A stretch of 64,000 nucleotides of DNA, from NCBI GenBank assembly GCA_050273025.1, contig CP158635.1:1178001-1242000 (forward strand), in the 5' to 3' direction. A program made the translations under genes and the position numbers. A model generated the notes under the pieces. The model searched no databases and was not told the origin of the DNA. It saw nothing but the letters and a program-made list of their open reading frames with translations. Positions 40,701 through 53,408 of the stretch are shown here, one piece after another. This DNA is from Cenococcum geophilum (taxonomy: Eukaryota). How positions within the stretch are numbered: position 1 is the first letter of the stretch; the number at the start of each line of letters is the position of its first letter.

Positions 40701-41608
40701 AGGAAACTAGCCAAGTGGAAGTAGAAAGGTTTAAACGCTAATTAAAAACCTACAAAACCATACTGGTCTAGCTCGGCATTTGCCTATAAGCTTCGAATCT
40801 TTACGGACTTCCTAGAGCTACAACTCTAGAAAAATAAGGGCAAAGATTTTAATATGCCTTTTACTAGCTTATATTTAGAAGGAGATAAAAATAAAGGCTA
40901 TATACTTAACTATTATAAGAACCCCAAGCAGTCTATATTTAAGCAAGAACTGCGTTTTATTGTGGCTTTAAGTCTAAAAATAGATACCTTAAAGACAGTT
41001 CTTATTTAGCTAAGGACTAACTATAAAGGTTATCCTAAGAAGTTGGTCGTCTTTACAGCATTCCCAGTAGCCGCCTTTATTATTTATCTAGTATGTCTTA
41101 TCTATTTTTAAAGTAATATTTTTATATTCTAACGCTGGATTAGTATCTTTATAATAGGTACAGATTAGGTAGTTATAAGTTAGTTAGCGGTAAGCTTAAA
41201 ATAGAAGAGAGAGAGAGCATCATTAAAAAATTCGAAAATAACCCCACTCTAAGATTCCTTATATTAACTACCGGTCTTATATCTAAAGTATATACTCTAA
41301 TTAGAACAAGCAAGGTGTTTATATTTAAGCTACAGCCGCTACCTACGGTTAAAGCTTAGGCATTTGGACGTACCTATAGGATTAGACAGCTAGAAGATAA
41401 AGTTACGAATATTAGGGCTGTATCTAATGAGGTTAATATAGAGGTGTATATTTAGCAGCGGGCTAAGAAACATAAGATCTTTATACTAGGCGCTTTTTCT
41501 AGAGCGCTAAAGCATTATATTAAAAAGAAGCACCTTTTTAGTGCCTTATTACTTAAGATTGCTTAATATATATTAGAACCGGGTTCTATTAGCAAGGCTA
41601 TATAGTAG
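37737..41608 (+). pseudogene. SNF2-family helicase/ATPase gene, copy 2 (motifs I-VI recognisable), RIP stops
   Basis: RIP-corrected: GG..ADQMGLGKTV (~39560), FFDEFH..KN (~40185), WGYSGT (~40285), KLVVFTAFP (~41040), ILILTTG...YTL.R.SKVFIFE (~41255) and QAFGR..RIGQ (~41357). Long N-terminal unknown and acidic region. Confidence 0.85.
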
Positions 41609-41936
41609 GGAATAGACGGTTTCTTCTATATACTTAATTGGCTTAATTAGTACCACTAGCTAAGTAGGTACTACCTCTACAGTATACTAATTACAATATA
41701 TTTTATAACACCTAGCTCTAAGTATATATGATAAAGATGTTACGGTTATTGTATATATATAAATATTATAAGAGAGGTAATAAATATAATATATTACGAA
41801 TATTGCAAATAATTAGTAGATATACCTATTTAGGTTTAGCCGCTATATAACTCCTTTTCCCTTACGCTTAATTATAACAACCACCATAAACAACCCAACG
41901 ACAATCGACAGCACTATACTGGGCATTTAAGCGCAA

Positions 41937-43023
41937 ATGGAACAGCAATCCAAACCTATGTCGCTTTCTTTAGTATATAAGGCCCACGCAATAAAAAACT
42001 GGTTAATAAAGTTTATCTGCCTAGGCCTAAAAATTAATAAAATATCATATAGCGACATTTATTCTACTATGGAATAGGGACTTACAGACATTTAAATGCT
42101 TGGTTTACGACTAAATAAGGTCGGGAACCGGTTAAGACTTAATTAGGTGTTTCGCAATATAATTAAATTATTTCCTACCGTTTTTATAGGCATACCAGAA
42201 CCTTGGCAGAGTAGGTATCTATCTATAATCGCCTAAAAATATAACAATAATCGGAAGCATTAAGTGTTAAATAGAGTAACAACCTTAGCATAAATCGAGT
42301 CCGTTGCGTATTATCTTAAATTAACTAATACACGCCGGCTAAGCAAAGAAGACCCAGAGTTAGTTACTTGGAATAGCCTTATATTTAGGACGGTGTAAAC
42401 TAAAGTAGTCTATAAAGGAGATAGCCGGGAAATGCTATGTAGTTATAGATACTTTATGGCCGGTAGTATACCAGATAATAAGATTACGTCAACCGATCTA
42501 AACTTTAGTCTATTTACTAGTGTACTCTTAGAAGATATTAGCTTTAATCCCATAAAACATAGAATTTTCTATTATAATAGCTAAGGAAGGGAGATAGAAG
42601 TTCTTACCAAACGGACCTAAAGGGCTGCTATAGATAAAATATATACTAAAGGACTTAATCGTTTTTATTTTACAGTAAGATATAAAGACTAAGGTAAGAT
42701 AGATTATACAAGCAATTTTAGCAATATTAGAAATATTCTAACGCATTTAAATAGGCACACTACACCCGGCTACTATACCTATATATATTGAAACCATTAC
42801 ACTATAAGCCGTTATAAGCAATTTATTATTAAAGCTACTAGGAATATAACTAGAGTTAGAGAGGAACCGTTTTAAGCCTAAGGGTTTAAGGGCATCTATA
42901 TAGGAAATTAGTAGTACACTTAGGCCAACGGTTTCTATATATAAAGTAGAATTAGTAAGCAATAAGTTAAAGCAGAAACGGGAGACCTCTGTCTAGCCTA
43001 AGAAAAAAAAACCAAGGGCCTAA
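41937..43023 (+). pseudogene. Hypothetical protein, RIP-mutated, basic C-terminus
   Basis: The RIP-corrected frame from ATG 41937 reads continuously (...DLDFSLFTSVLLEDIGFDP.KHRIFY...EIEVLT.RTWRAAIDEMYT.GL.RF.F.V), has an intron at ~42694 and ends KKKKPRA*. Confidence 0.55.
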
Positions 43024-43305
43024 TGTTATATTTATATTATACCAACTATCCCACGTACTATGCTACATTTTATATACCTAATATTTCCAATATAGTGTTG
43101 ATATATACACGGTTGCGCATATATGCTAGCTCAGCTAGATATACTAGATAGCTTAACCTAAGTAAGCAAGTCTTGAAATTAAAGAGCCCCTTTACAATTT
43201 TTACTTTTCTCCTCTCTCTTATTAATAATCTACATTAGTACTCTTTTTATAGGCCATTAAATACATCTTTAACACCAATATATTAAACCAATACTATTCT
43301 CTACT

Positions 43306-45281
43306 ATGGCCAAATTATCTAATATATAGGTTATTGCAGCGTCTAGCAGCCAGGTGCAACTTATATTTACTTTATAGCAGTGCCATATAGCTAATAAGAT
43401 AGAGCCTATAGTATTAGTAAGCTTAAAAAGACTAGCGTATACCTAAGGACGAATCCGATAGTAATAAGATTCTATTACACCCCTATCGCCCTTAAGACAC
43501 TTGCCGTAGAACTAATATAACTTAGTATAAGCTTAAATCTGCCACCTATTCTAAGTCATTAGTTTAGAAAATAGTAAGGCCTACACACCTAGTATATAGA
43601 TTAACTATTTACCTATATATATAGGGTTATCGTGACATATTGCCTAATAAACGCCATTATTAACTAAGTACTGCCAAGGACGGAAGCACTAACGGTATAA
43701 AACGATTAAGATATAAACTAGAACTACTCTAGCAGGGAGTACGACGGCAGGCCAAGTTTAACTCTATACCCGCATATATACCTATACTAGCCTATACTAA
43801 GCTACTTATGCAGGCTATAGTTATAACAGGCTACTTTAATCCTTCCTATAGGCTCTCTCTATGGCCAGAAAGATAGAAGTCGGGCCTAAACGCACTAATT
43901 ATTAATGCTTGGCGAAAGGCTGGTTCGAACAATTAGGGGCGTATATTTAACGATATTCGGCCTCTACCTAAACCAAAAGAAGCTTATAGGGTAAGTCTCT
44001 AAAATCTACACCTCCTACTAGCAATATTTAAAGTAATACTAACACAGTATATATCGCAAAACTATAGTTATTTAACTGCGTTAGCAACTTTAGATCCTAT
44101 ATTCTAAGTAATATTCGTATAGTTATATATATACATTATCCGTTCCTTAATATACTAGATACCTAAGCTCTAGTCTTTTAACTACTTAAAGACAACGCAT
44201 TTGCATACGCATATTCAAAGCTTATAAGCCCTACTATATACTCCTAGAGTTTACCTACTAATAACGGAAGGGGAAACAACAATTTGCAGCACCCGTAATT
44301 ATTAAGTGTATTGCTTAATGCTTTTTTAACCCAAACTCAAAAGGCCTAGCTTTATATCCTTAGACATCCGAGTATTTCTACCCACTTTTAGCTTACACTA
44401 TTGTACTAATTACTACTTATATTTAATATGCACTCACTAAATATAAAAAGGGAGGTCCGTGGCAAATAGTTAAGGTAGATATAATAGGAGAACTAAACGG
44501 TATAAGTAATACTCTAATCTATATATATATTATAAGATACTAATTTATAAAGCAACGTATTATTAAATTTGGAAGATATAGGACGCGTAAGCTTCTAACA
44601 GAAAGGCTAAACTACTATAGGTAATAGCTGGTCTTATTTAGAAGTAGATATACAAAACTAGCAACCTAGTTAATAATATGTATGCAGTATATAATCCATA
44701 TATAGATAACACCGATAATCTAGATAAGCTTAAGCTATATACAACCTAGTATAAGTTTAAGTTCTTAGTAATAGATAGCTTTCCTATCTCTAGCAGCGAT
44801 AACTTAAGGCCTACCAGTTCTTCCTCTTTTGCTTATATAGATAAGGTAACGCTAGTAAGGAGTAAAGATTTAGGTTTAGATTAAAGGGTAAGTAAAAGCA
44901 CATTTCTAAACATTATATTAATAACTTAACTAGGGCACTTTACGCTTGACCTTAATCTCTTTGCCGTCAATAACTATAAATAGCCCGCCTACCTAAAACT
45001 ATAAGGCTTCTTGCTTTAGGGTTGCTTAGTACTATAACTTAGATAATAAACTATATATACTTAATGTACTATATATAATAACACCAGATAGACTACGAAA
45101 CTTACTAGACGTTAAAGAAGAAGATTTTCTTTAGTATACTCTTAGAAAGAGGGAAAAGCTACTAAATAATAGCAGATTTAACGTATTTTTGGAGTCTGTA
45201 TAGTAAAAGGAAAATAACAATATTAAAATAAGGCTAGGATTGCCTAAAGATAACAACCTAGATGCATAGTTACTTCCTTAA
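43306..45281 (+). pseudogene. DUF6532-like protein, multi-exon, RIP-mutated
   Basis: 44283-44455 reads FAAPVIIKCIA.CFFNPNSKGLAL.P.TSEYFYPLLA.TIVLITT.I.YALT.Y.KG, which resembles the DUF6532 core from memory. Several GT-AG introns. Confidence 0.6.
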
Positions 45282-45344
45282 GGTATATAGATAATATTTT
45301 ACTTTCTTTCTAATTATTATATAATAATTTTTTTTTATATATAA

Positions 45345-45975
45345 AATATTATAATTATTACAGTCATAAAAAATATTGCGATTATTATAGTTATAGTATT
45401 ATAGTCGTAGGAAATATTATAATTATTACAGTTATAAGAAATATTGCGACTATTATAGCTATGGGAAATATTGCGACTATTACAATTATAGGAAACATTA
45501 TAAATATTATAACTATTGCAGTCGTGTAAAATATTGCAACTATTACAGTTATGGAAAATATTGCGACCATTACAGTCGTGGGAAATATTGTAACTATTAC
45601 AGTCGTCAAAAATATTGCAACTATTACAGTCGTAGAAAATATTGCGACTATTGCAGCCATAGGAAATATTATAACTATTGCAGTCAAGGAAAATATTGCA
45701 ACTATTGCAGTCGTGGGAAATATTGCAAATATTGCAGTCATGGGAAATATTACAACTATTGCAGTCGTGGAAAATATTATAACTATTGCAGTCATAGGAA
45801 ATATTGCGACTATTGCAGTCGTGGGAAATATTGCGACTATTATAGTTGTGGGAAATATTACAAATATTACAGTCGTGGGAAATATTGCAACTATTGCAGT
45901 CGCGGGAAATATTATAAATATTGCAGTTATGGGAAATATTGCAACTATTACGGTTATAGGAAATATTATAATTTT
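45345..45975. repeat. Subterminal tandem array, 27-bp unit (~20+ copies)
   Basis: ggaaatattgcractattgcagtcgtg repeated; this produces the spurious ORFs 45391-45795 and 45551-46009. Confidence 0.95.
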
Positions 45976-48900
45976 AAGATATAAGGTTGCTAAAGTAGCC
46001 CCAGGCTAGCGTAAAAAAGTGTATATAAGCAGATTAGCGGATCCAGCGGAAATGACCCCGGGCTAGCCCCGGGCTAGCCCCTAGCTAGCCCCTACTACTC
46101 TCCCGTTTTCCTAACGCAGTTTTATAATAGAAGAATATAGATATCTTAACGGAGATGCCAAGGCGTTAGCAGATTTGTCTCTATATATTAGAGTTAAATT
46201 ATATGCCTTAGTTAGACGTAATTGAGTTAGGTAACCTATATAGTTAGTAAACTTCGCGAAGGAAGGCGTTAGTAACGTCACTAATGGCTACGCCTTCGGT
46301 TAGGACGTAGTGGCGCTCTTTTATAAGTCGGCATATTATTATAAGGATATTCTTATAGGTACGGCCGTGTCGTTTATAGGGTAGTAGGTTAATAACGAAA
46401 TCTATGGCGATATCTGCCTATTATTATATAGGTACTAGTAGAGGATATAGTAGTCCTTAGTACTTTATATTAAAGGCCTTAGCGCGCTTATAACTATAGT
46501 AGGCGCCTATAAAGCGTTTAACTAAGTCTATTATTTTTAGCCAGAAGTAGTATCGGCTAAGAAGCTTATAGGTTCCTTTTCTACCTAGGTAGCCGCTTAA
46601 TCGGAGGTCGTAGGCCATTTAGATTAGTTGCCGTTATAGATTTTCTAAGTTAGGGATAAATAGGCGGCCTTTATAATAGAGCCTATTCTCTTTTACTTTT
46701 AAGGCTACTATATTAATCTAGCCTAAGCTTTAGAGGTTAGTAGGCAGCGTATAGGCGCCGGCGGTCTTTATAGCAATAAGTTAATATAATAATAGGTCGG
46801 TAAAGGCGTTATATACTATAGTAATAAGCTTATTAATTTTGGGAGGTAACTTTAGTTCTGTGATATAAAGCTAGGGTATAGTTAGCTCTATTATAGGTAG
46901 TATGCCTAAGGCCAAATTTCGTGCTTTTAGGATCGTCTGTTATTAGAACTAATTATAGGGGTTATCTTTAAACTAAGGAAGGTCTTGCGAGCGGCGTATT
47001 AGGCTATTAGGTTTAGTACCTTATACTCCTAGTCTATATACAATTTTAAAGTTAAAACTAGAGAGGAACTTATTCTAATATACTTAGCGTTAGTTTAGCT
47101 ACTTTATGGTTATAAAGTACTTAAGGTTGCAATAGTCCGTAAGGACTTTAGTTAGCTAGTTAGGCTCTACTAAGGAGAGTTCTAGTTAGAATTCTTCAAA
47201 CGCTTATATAATTATAAGGAGTTCTTTATTATAGATCTCGTAGTTATACTCTTATAGTATAAGCTTAGACGAGTAGAATGCGACTAGGTAAAGGAGACCG
47301 TTATTACCTATTTAAGAAAGGATACCTGCGTTAACGTAGTCTAAGGACTTGGTTTTAAGGTAGAGTTATTATCCTAGTATAAAGTAAGCTAGAATAGATG
47401 CTTTAGTAAAGGTATTTTTAAGGTCTTAAAACGCCTTCTCGCATTTAGGCGTCTAGGTAAAGCATAGGTGCGTTTTTCTTCCTTTTACAGAAAGGCCCTT
47501 CGTTTGTATTATTATTATAAGTAGTGCTACTATACCTAAGAAGTTGTATATAAATTTCTAATAGAAGTTAGCGAAACTTATACGCCCTTAATATAGTTAA
47601 GGGCTTACTATTTGGTAATTATGCGTACCTTCTTAGGGTCTATACGGACACCCTTAGTAGTAATAATTAGTCTAAGGTATTTTACTTCTATAACTAAGAA
47701 TTCGCATTTCTTTAAATTAATATAAAGTCCTATGTCCCTAAGGCGCTATAGGACCTTTTAAACGTGTTCTGTATACTTAGAGGGGTTATTGCTATAAATA
47801 AGTATATTATCTAGGTACGCGGAGTAGAAGTCATTAAGGTAATCCTATAAGGCGTTATTAATATAGCTTTAGAAGGTGCCTGGGCCGTTATATATACTAA
47901 AGGGCATAACGGTATATTTAAATTGGCTAAAGCGCGATGCAAATGCGGTTTTCCATTTATCACCTTCCCGTATTTAGAGGTGGTTAAAGGCGGCAATAAT
48001 ATTAAGCTTAGTATAGATTTTGGCTTAACTAAGCCGCTTAAGGGTCTTACGTATAAGCGGTACTAGGTATTAGTTTTTAATTATAATAGCGTTAAGTCCT
48101 CTATAGTTAACGTAGAATTAAATACCTCCTTTTAGCTTCTTAGCGAGAAGAATAGGGGCGGCTACTAGTGATATACTGGGACGAATAAATCCTTTATTAA
48201 GGTGCTTATTAATATACTTTTTTATAACTAGAAGCTCGTCTTTTAATATTAGGTAGAGTCTCTTATAAGGTAGCATTTTTCCTTATTTAATATTAATGGT
48301 ATAGTCATTAGGTCGATATAGGGGGAGTATATTTACGCTCTTTTGTAAGCATATATTGGTAAAGTTATAGTACCTCTTAGGGAGGAGCTTATAGAGTTCT
48401 TCGTTAGTAAGTCCTTTTTTAAGCTTTATAAACTTCTTAAAGTCTAAAGGTAAAAGTCCGTAGAGTTCTATAGGGGCGTTATCTTCTAGAAGGTTAACTA
48501 TGTCTATCCTATTACTATAGAGGACGTAGTCCTATTCTTTATTAAGCTTATATAGTTGTAATTAAGAAGCTGTAGTAACGGTCTAGCCTTTCTTACGTGC
48601 TATACGGTAAAAGGCTAGGGCACTTATATAGTGGCAGTTGGTTATAGGTGGGATAATAAGGGGTTCCTTAGGTTAATATCCTAGGGAGTAAATAGAGGCG
48701 GCTAGGCTATGTCCTAGGCAAGTCTCTCTATAGTATTTAGAGTTAAAGGTTACTTCTTTCTTCTTCTAGTTAATAGCAGGGTTATATTATTTAAGCTAGT
48801 TTATTCTAAGGATAATAGGGTAATTAATAAGTAGTATTATATAGGCCTAGAGTTCTTCCTAGTACCTATTTATATCTAGGTGGAGTTATACTATATAGGT

Positions 48901-51900
48901 AATCTTCTATACAGTATAATTACCGTTAGCGAGTTATAGGGCGCGGGCTTTAGTAAGGGGTAAGGTAGGTAGGTTATAAGTACACACAAATTAGGTATCT
49001 ATAAATTTATTAGTAGCTCCGCAATTAATTATAAAACGGCTTTTATATTATTTTTTAGTAGTAGTTCCTATTATAGGTAAAACTATCTATTTCCGTCTAT
49101 TTATTTTTATAGAGTTATCTATTAAGCAAGCTAATATATAGATCCCTCCGTCGTTAGGGCGTCCTAACCTATAACTTAGGGCTAGGACTTGGCGTTTTCT
49201 GTTTCCGTATCCAACTCTACCACTATTACTACGTCTTTGTCTTGTATAGTAGTGGCGTATAGCAACGTATTTAGTATTTAGGGTATTAGGTTAAGTATTA
49301 GGCGGCAGCTACTAAACCTAGCTATTAGGCAGGTTAGGTTATCGCAATAATAGCCTTCTTAACGGCATCTATAGCAGTATCCTAGTTTTTAGAGTAGCTC
49401 GCGCTCTCCATCTAGGAGTTTCTATAGAAAGGTTAGTATAGAGAAATCGATATTGGTTCTGGTAGTACTTAAGGTAGTAAGCGTTAGTAGCTTAGTATAT
49501 ATGGGTTTAGTAGGCCTAGGGGGCTTCTATAAAGAGGCCTTTAGGTAAGAGTTAGTAGTAGCTATCTAATTTAGTTATTATTTAATCTTCTATAGAGCTG
49601 CTACCATATTATAAATATTGTTATAGTTATAGCTAGCGGCTGCGTAACTAAGGCAATAAGTAACTTTTTTAAGGAGGTCCTTTTAGTTTTTAGTATTATC
49701 TTAGGTGAGGGCTCTAGTATATTCCTAGAATTTAATATAGAATTTATTAAATAATTCGGTAGGGCTTATCTTTAGGGTATATAGTTTAGCTCGGTTAGTG
49801 GCTAGTAGGTTATAGTTACGGTATATTAGGTCGAGATCGTTAAGGACTTCTTAGTAGGACTGCTACTTTTAGGGGCTACTAGTCTCCTATTAGGCGAAGA
49901 GTCTATTAAACGGTATACCCTTTATTCGCCTAATAATGTAGCCAATCTTAGTATCTTCTATAGAAAAAAGGCAGGCGCTCTAAGTTAGTTTTTTACGGAT
50001 TTATATCTTCTAGTAGCTATATTCTTTATAGTCTTCCTAAAAGACTAGGGGATTAGGGTAGCGTATATTAGACCCTATAGTAGCAGTTTAGGTCTAATTA
50101 TTATAGCTTTTATCATCGCTGCTTTAGTAGGGGTTCCTATTAGGTAAAGCTGCTTAGCGCTAGCCCTCTATTAAGCGTTAAGTAGGTAAAGTTGCTAGGG
50201 GCGTAGAGACTTAGGTGGCGTTATATATAGTAAAAAGGTGTCTAGCGTTATTATAAATGTGCTTATTAAGCTAAGATTATAGGTATTTAATTATGCCTTC
50301 TCTTTTAGTAACCGTAGCAATTAGTATAATCTTAGCCTTCTTTAACTATTGGACGTCGCGTTCAGATACGCGGAGGTTATCTTTGGTTTCTTGTCGTGTA
50401 TTATCGGCGAGCGCCTCACAAGCTTATAGGTCTTGGATAATATTACAATCTTAAGCAGTACGTATCTTAGCTCGTATAAGCTTTAGGTAATAGTTTTGTA
50501 GAAGGCGGTAGTATTTATTAGGGTCTTATGCTACCATTTTTACAAACGTCTCAGCGTCTCGTATTTCGATTTTAATGGGTAATAGCCCTTCCGTTTACTT
50601 ATCTGTAGTTATATAATTAATAAAAGATAAGACATTATTGGTGTCTATCTCCTTAGGGGTTAAGGCTAGGGCTAATAAATTAAATTCTTCTGGGATTAAT
50701 TGGCGTTGTAGGTTAAGTATAGGTATTGGATTATTCTTTAGGTTTAACATAGTAGCTAGTAAGGGATATTGTCTTACTATTATGGGTTCCTTAGAAGTAT
50801 AAAGTGAGGTAATTTATAGACATACTGCTTTTGGTAGCGCCTGCAGTATTATAAAGACGTAGAATTGGTTATAGGCTAAGCGTTAGTGGTAAAAAAGGCG
50901 CAACGTAATATTATGGGATGGGGGCAGTGGCTACAAAGCATATGTATTCGAGGAGTCTACAAGACGTTACGCGATCGATCGTAAGGGTCAAGGGCGTAAG
51001 GAGGTGATATACCTACGCGTAGCTGACATAAGCTATACGCGAGGTGTACGCGAGAGTACGGGGCTCTCCTATAGAGGCCCCTGCGGTGGGGTTCCGTAAC
51101 AATAGACGACACTAATATAGTATCCCTTTTTATATCTTAGACCTAAGATCTTATAATATAATCCTTAGCCAAAAATAGATATCCTATTTTAATATTTGGC
51201 TAAATATATAATAAAGACAATTTATTTAGCCGGAGGATAGACCAAAAGTACCTTCCTTTATTAGGGAGATCCAAACCAACTATAAAACAATAGCCGTAAA
51301 GGCTAACTCTACCTACTAGCAGAACATCTAGGCCTATAACTTAGCCTTTACTAAAGAAAACGCTCGCTATATAGCTAGAAAGAACTCTATATTAATAAAG
51401 ATACTTTTCTAAAGTACTATATTTAAAGAGGACTTTATATATAGTAGTAAGATAGATAGTAATATAAATAACATCTAAATTGTGTAGATTTAACCGGTAT
51501 AGAAAAGAACGCATTAATAGGATATAAGGGATAACCTTTAAAAGATGCGATAGGAGCTAAAAGGAGTAATAATAATGCTAGTACCCTAGAAGCCCCTAAG
51601 GTTATATACACCCCTATTATTATATAACCCCCCTATAATAGATATCGCTGTAATTAGCGCTATAGCGTTCTACTTTAATATATACTAAAAAGATAATAAG
51701 GTCTTTATAACAAGCCTATATAAGATTAACCAAATTATTAATAATAGGAAGAAAAAGCTAGCTAAGGGAACTAATAAGAAACTGGTTAAATGCCTTTTCT
51801 TTACTATCTATATAAACTACAAGGATATATTTTTAAAAGTGACTTTAAATAAGTTACCCCCTTACTAGATATATAATTATAAGATTTAATTAAAAGCCAA

Positions 51901-53408
51901 TAACTTACTAGGCTATAGCCCCTTTACTAATAATTAATAGATAAGCTAAAAGCAATAAAGTAGTACTTAATTAATAACCTGGATAAAGGGTTTATTAATC
52001 TAAGTTTAGCCCCTTTTACTCCCTCTATCCTATTTATAAAAAGCTTAGTAAAGGCCTTTATTTTTATATTAACTATTAAAAGCTAAACACTATTACTTAA
52101 AAAGATTAGTATTCTATTTCTTTAATTAATAAAACCCTTATATATCTAAGCCGGGCAAAGATCTTTACTAAACTTAATATCTATTAAGCTTTCCACTAAA
52201 TTAGGATAGACCCTATATTTAAAGATTTAATAATATTCTATACCTATTATTGTTTCTATAAATATAAAGTTCTTCCTTTTAGACTAATAAACGGACTAGC
52301 TATATACTAAAAGTATATAAATAACATTCTCTTTAGTTATCTTAATAAATTCTATACAGTATACCTAGACGACATTTTTATATACTTAGATAATAAACTT
52401 AAGTATTAAGTTTATATTAAAAAGGGTTTGGAGAGACTATAAAACGCGGGCTTATAAGTTAATATTAAGAAATATAAGTTTAGGGTAAAACGTATAAAAT
52501 ACCTTAGGTTTATTATAACTATAGAAGGAATTAAGGTTAACCCTAAGAAGGTAAAGGCAATCTATAACTAGAAGCCCCCTTATATAGTAAAAGGGATCTA
52601 GTCCTTCCTTAGCTTTTATAACTTCTACCGCTAATTTATCCGCAATTATAGAATTATAGCGAAGCCCCTTATACGCCTAACTAAAATAGACACGCCTTTT
52701 ATATTTAATAGTAGCTATATAAAAGCTTTTAAAGAGATAAAGGATTAGCTTATTTCTTCTTTAATTCTTTATTACTATAGCCCAGACCTTAAATTAATAT
52801 TAGAAATAGATGCTTCTAATAGGGTTATAGCAGGAATTCGATTATAGCTATATCTGGACGGCGAATAGTACCCTATTACCTTCTTTTTAAAAATAATAAA
52901 ACTAGCTAAGTATAACTATAGAGTACATAATAAAAAATGCTAGCTATTATTTAATTACTATTCTAATAGTGTGTAGAGCTTAAAGGTATAAACTTCCAGA
53001 TTAAGATATATATAGATTATAAAGCCCTAAAGTATTTTATAACTATAAAGCAGCTTACTAAATAATAAGCCTAGTAGGCCAAAATACTCTTATAAGTTTA
53101 CTTTATAATTATATATCGTTTTAGTAAGTAAAACTTTAAGGCTAATACCTTAACCTAAAGAGAATAAAATATAGAACTTTAGAATAAAATATAGAACTTT
53201 AGGATAAGCTAAAGACCTAATACCGGACGCGTGCCTTCCTTTATCCTAAATAGCTTAACCTACGGATCCTTAAGGAGCTAGACTTTTAGTAAGCCGAGCT
53301 AGCACTAATAAAGGAGTCCTTAGATAAACTAATAAGGCTAATTAACTGCCTTCTAACTATAAACCGCACGGTTAACGCCCTAAAGGCCCTCCGTAATTAA
53401 GCCGTAAA

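Larger units (their letters stand above)
25088..46116. mobile_element. Giant (~21 kb) Plavaka/CACTA-like DNA transposon with cargo genes
   Basis: TIRs cgtcaggaaaacggga / tcccgttttcctaacg. The 2-bp CA TSD is shown by the empty site cctagcagtttt in Gypsy B copy 1 (~13366-13377). A second left terminus sits at 25327 and a subterminal 27-bp array at the right end. Confidence 0.9.
18909..51101 (-). mobile_element. Chromodomain Gypsy family B, copy 2, interrupted by the Ngaro and the 21-kb element
   Basis: LTRs 18909-19101 and 50909-51101, ATAGA TSD. Internal pieces 19102-19228, 24040-25087 and 46117-50908 are colinear with copy 1. Confidence 0.95.

Noticed and set aside
45391..46009. ORFs 45391-45795 and 45551-46009 as repeat or membrane proteins
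   Set aside because: Translation artefacts of the 27-bp subterminal array.
25088..46116. TET/JBP dioxygenase cargo, as known for Plavaka/KDZ loci
   Set aside because: No HxD...H...R motif set was recognisable by eye; RIP could hide it, so it is unsupported rather than excluded.
53161..53200. 20-bp tandem duplication in Gypsy A pol
   Set aside because: Likely local slippage in a dead element; no wider significance seen.
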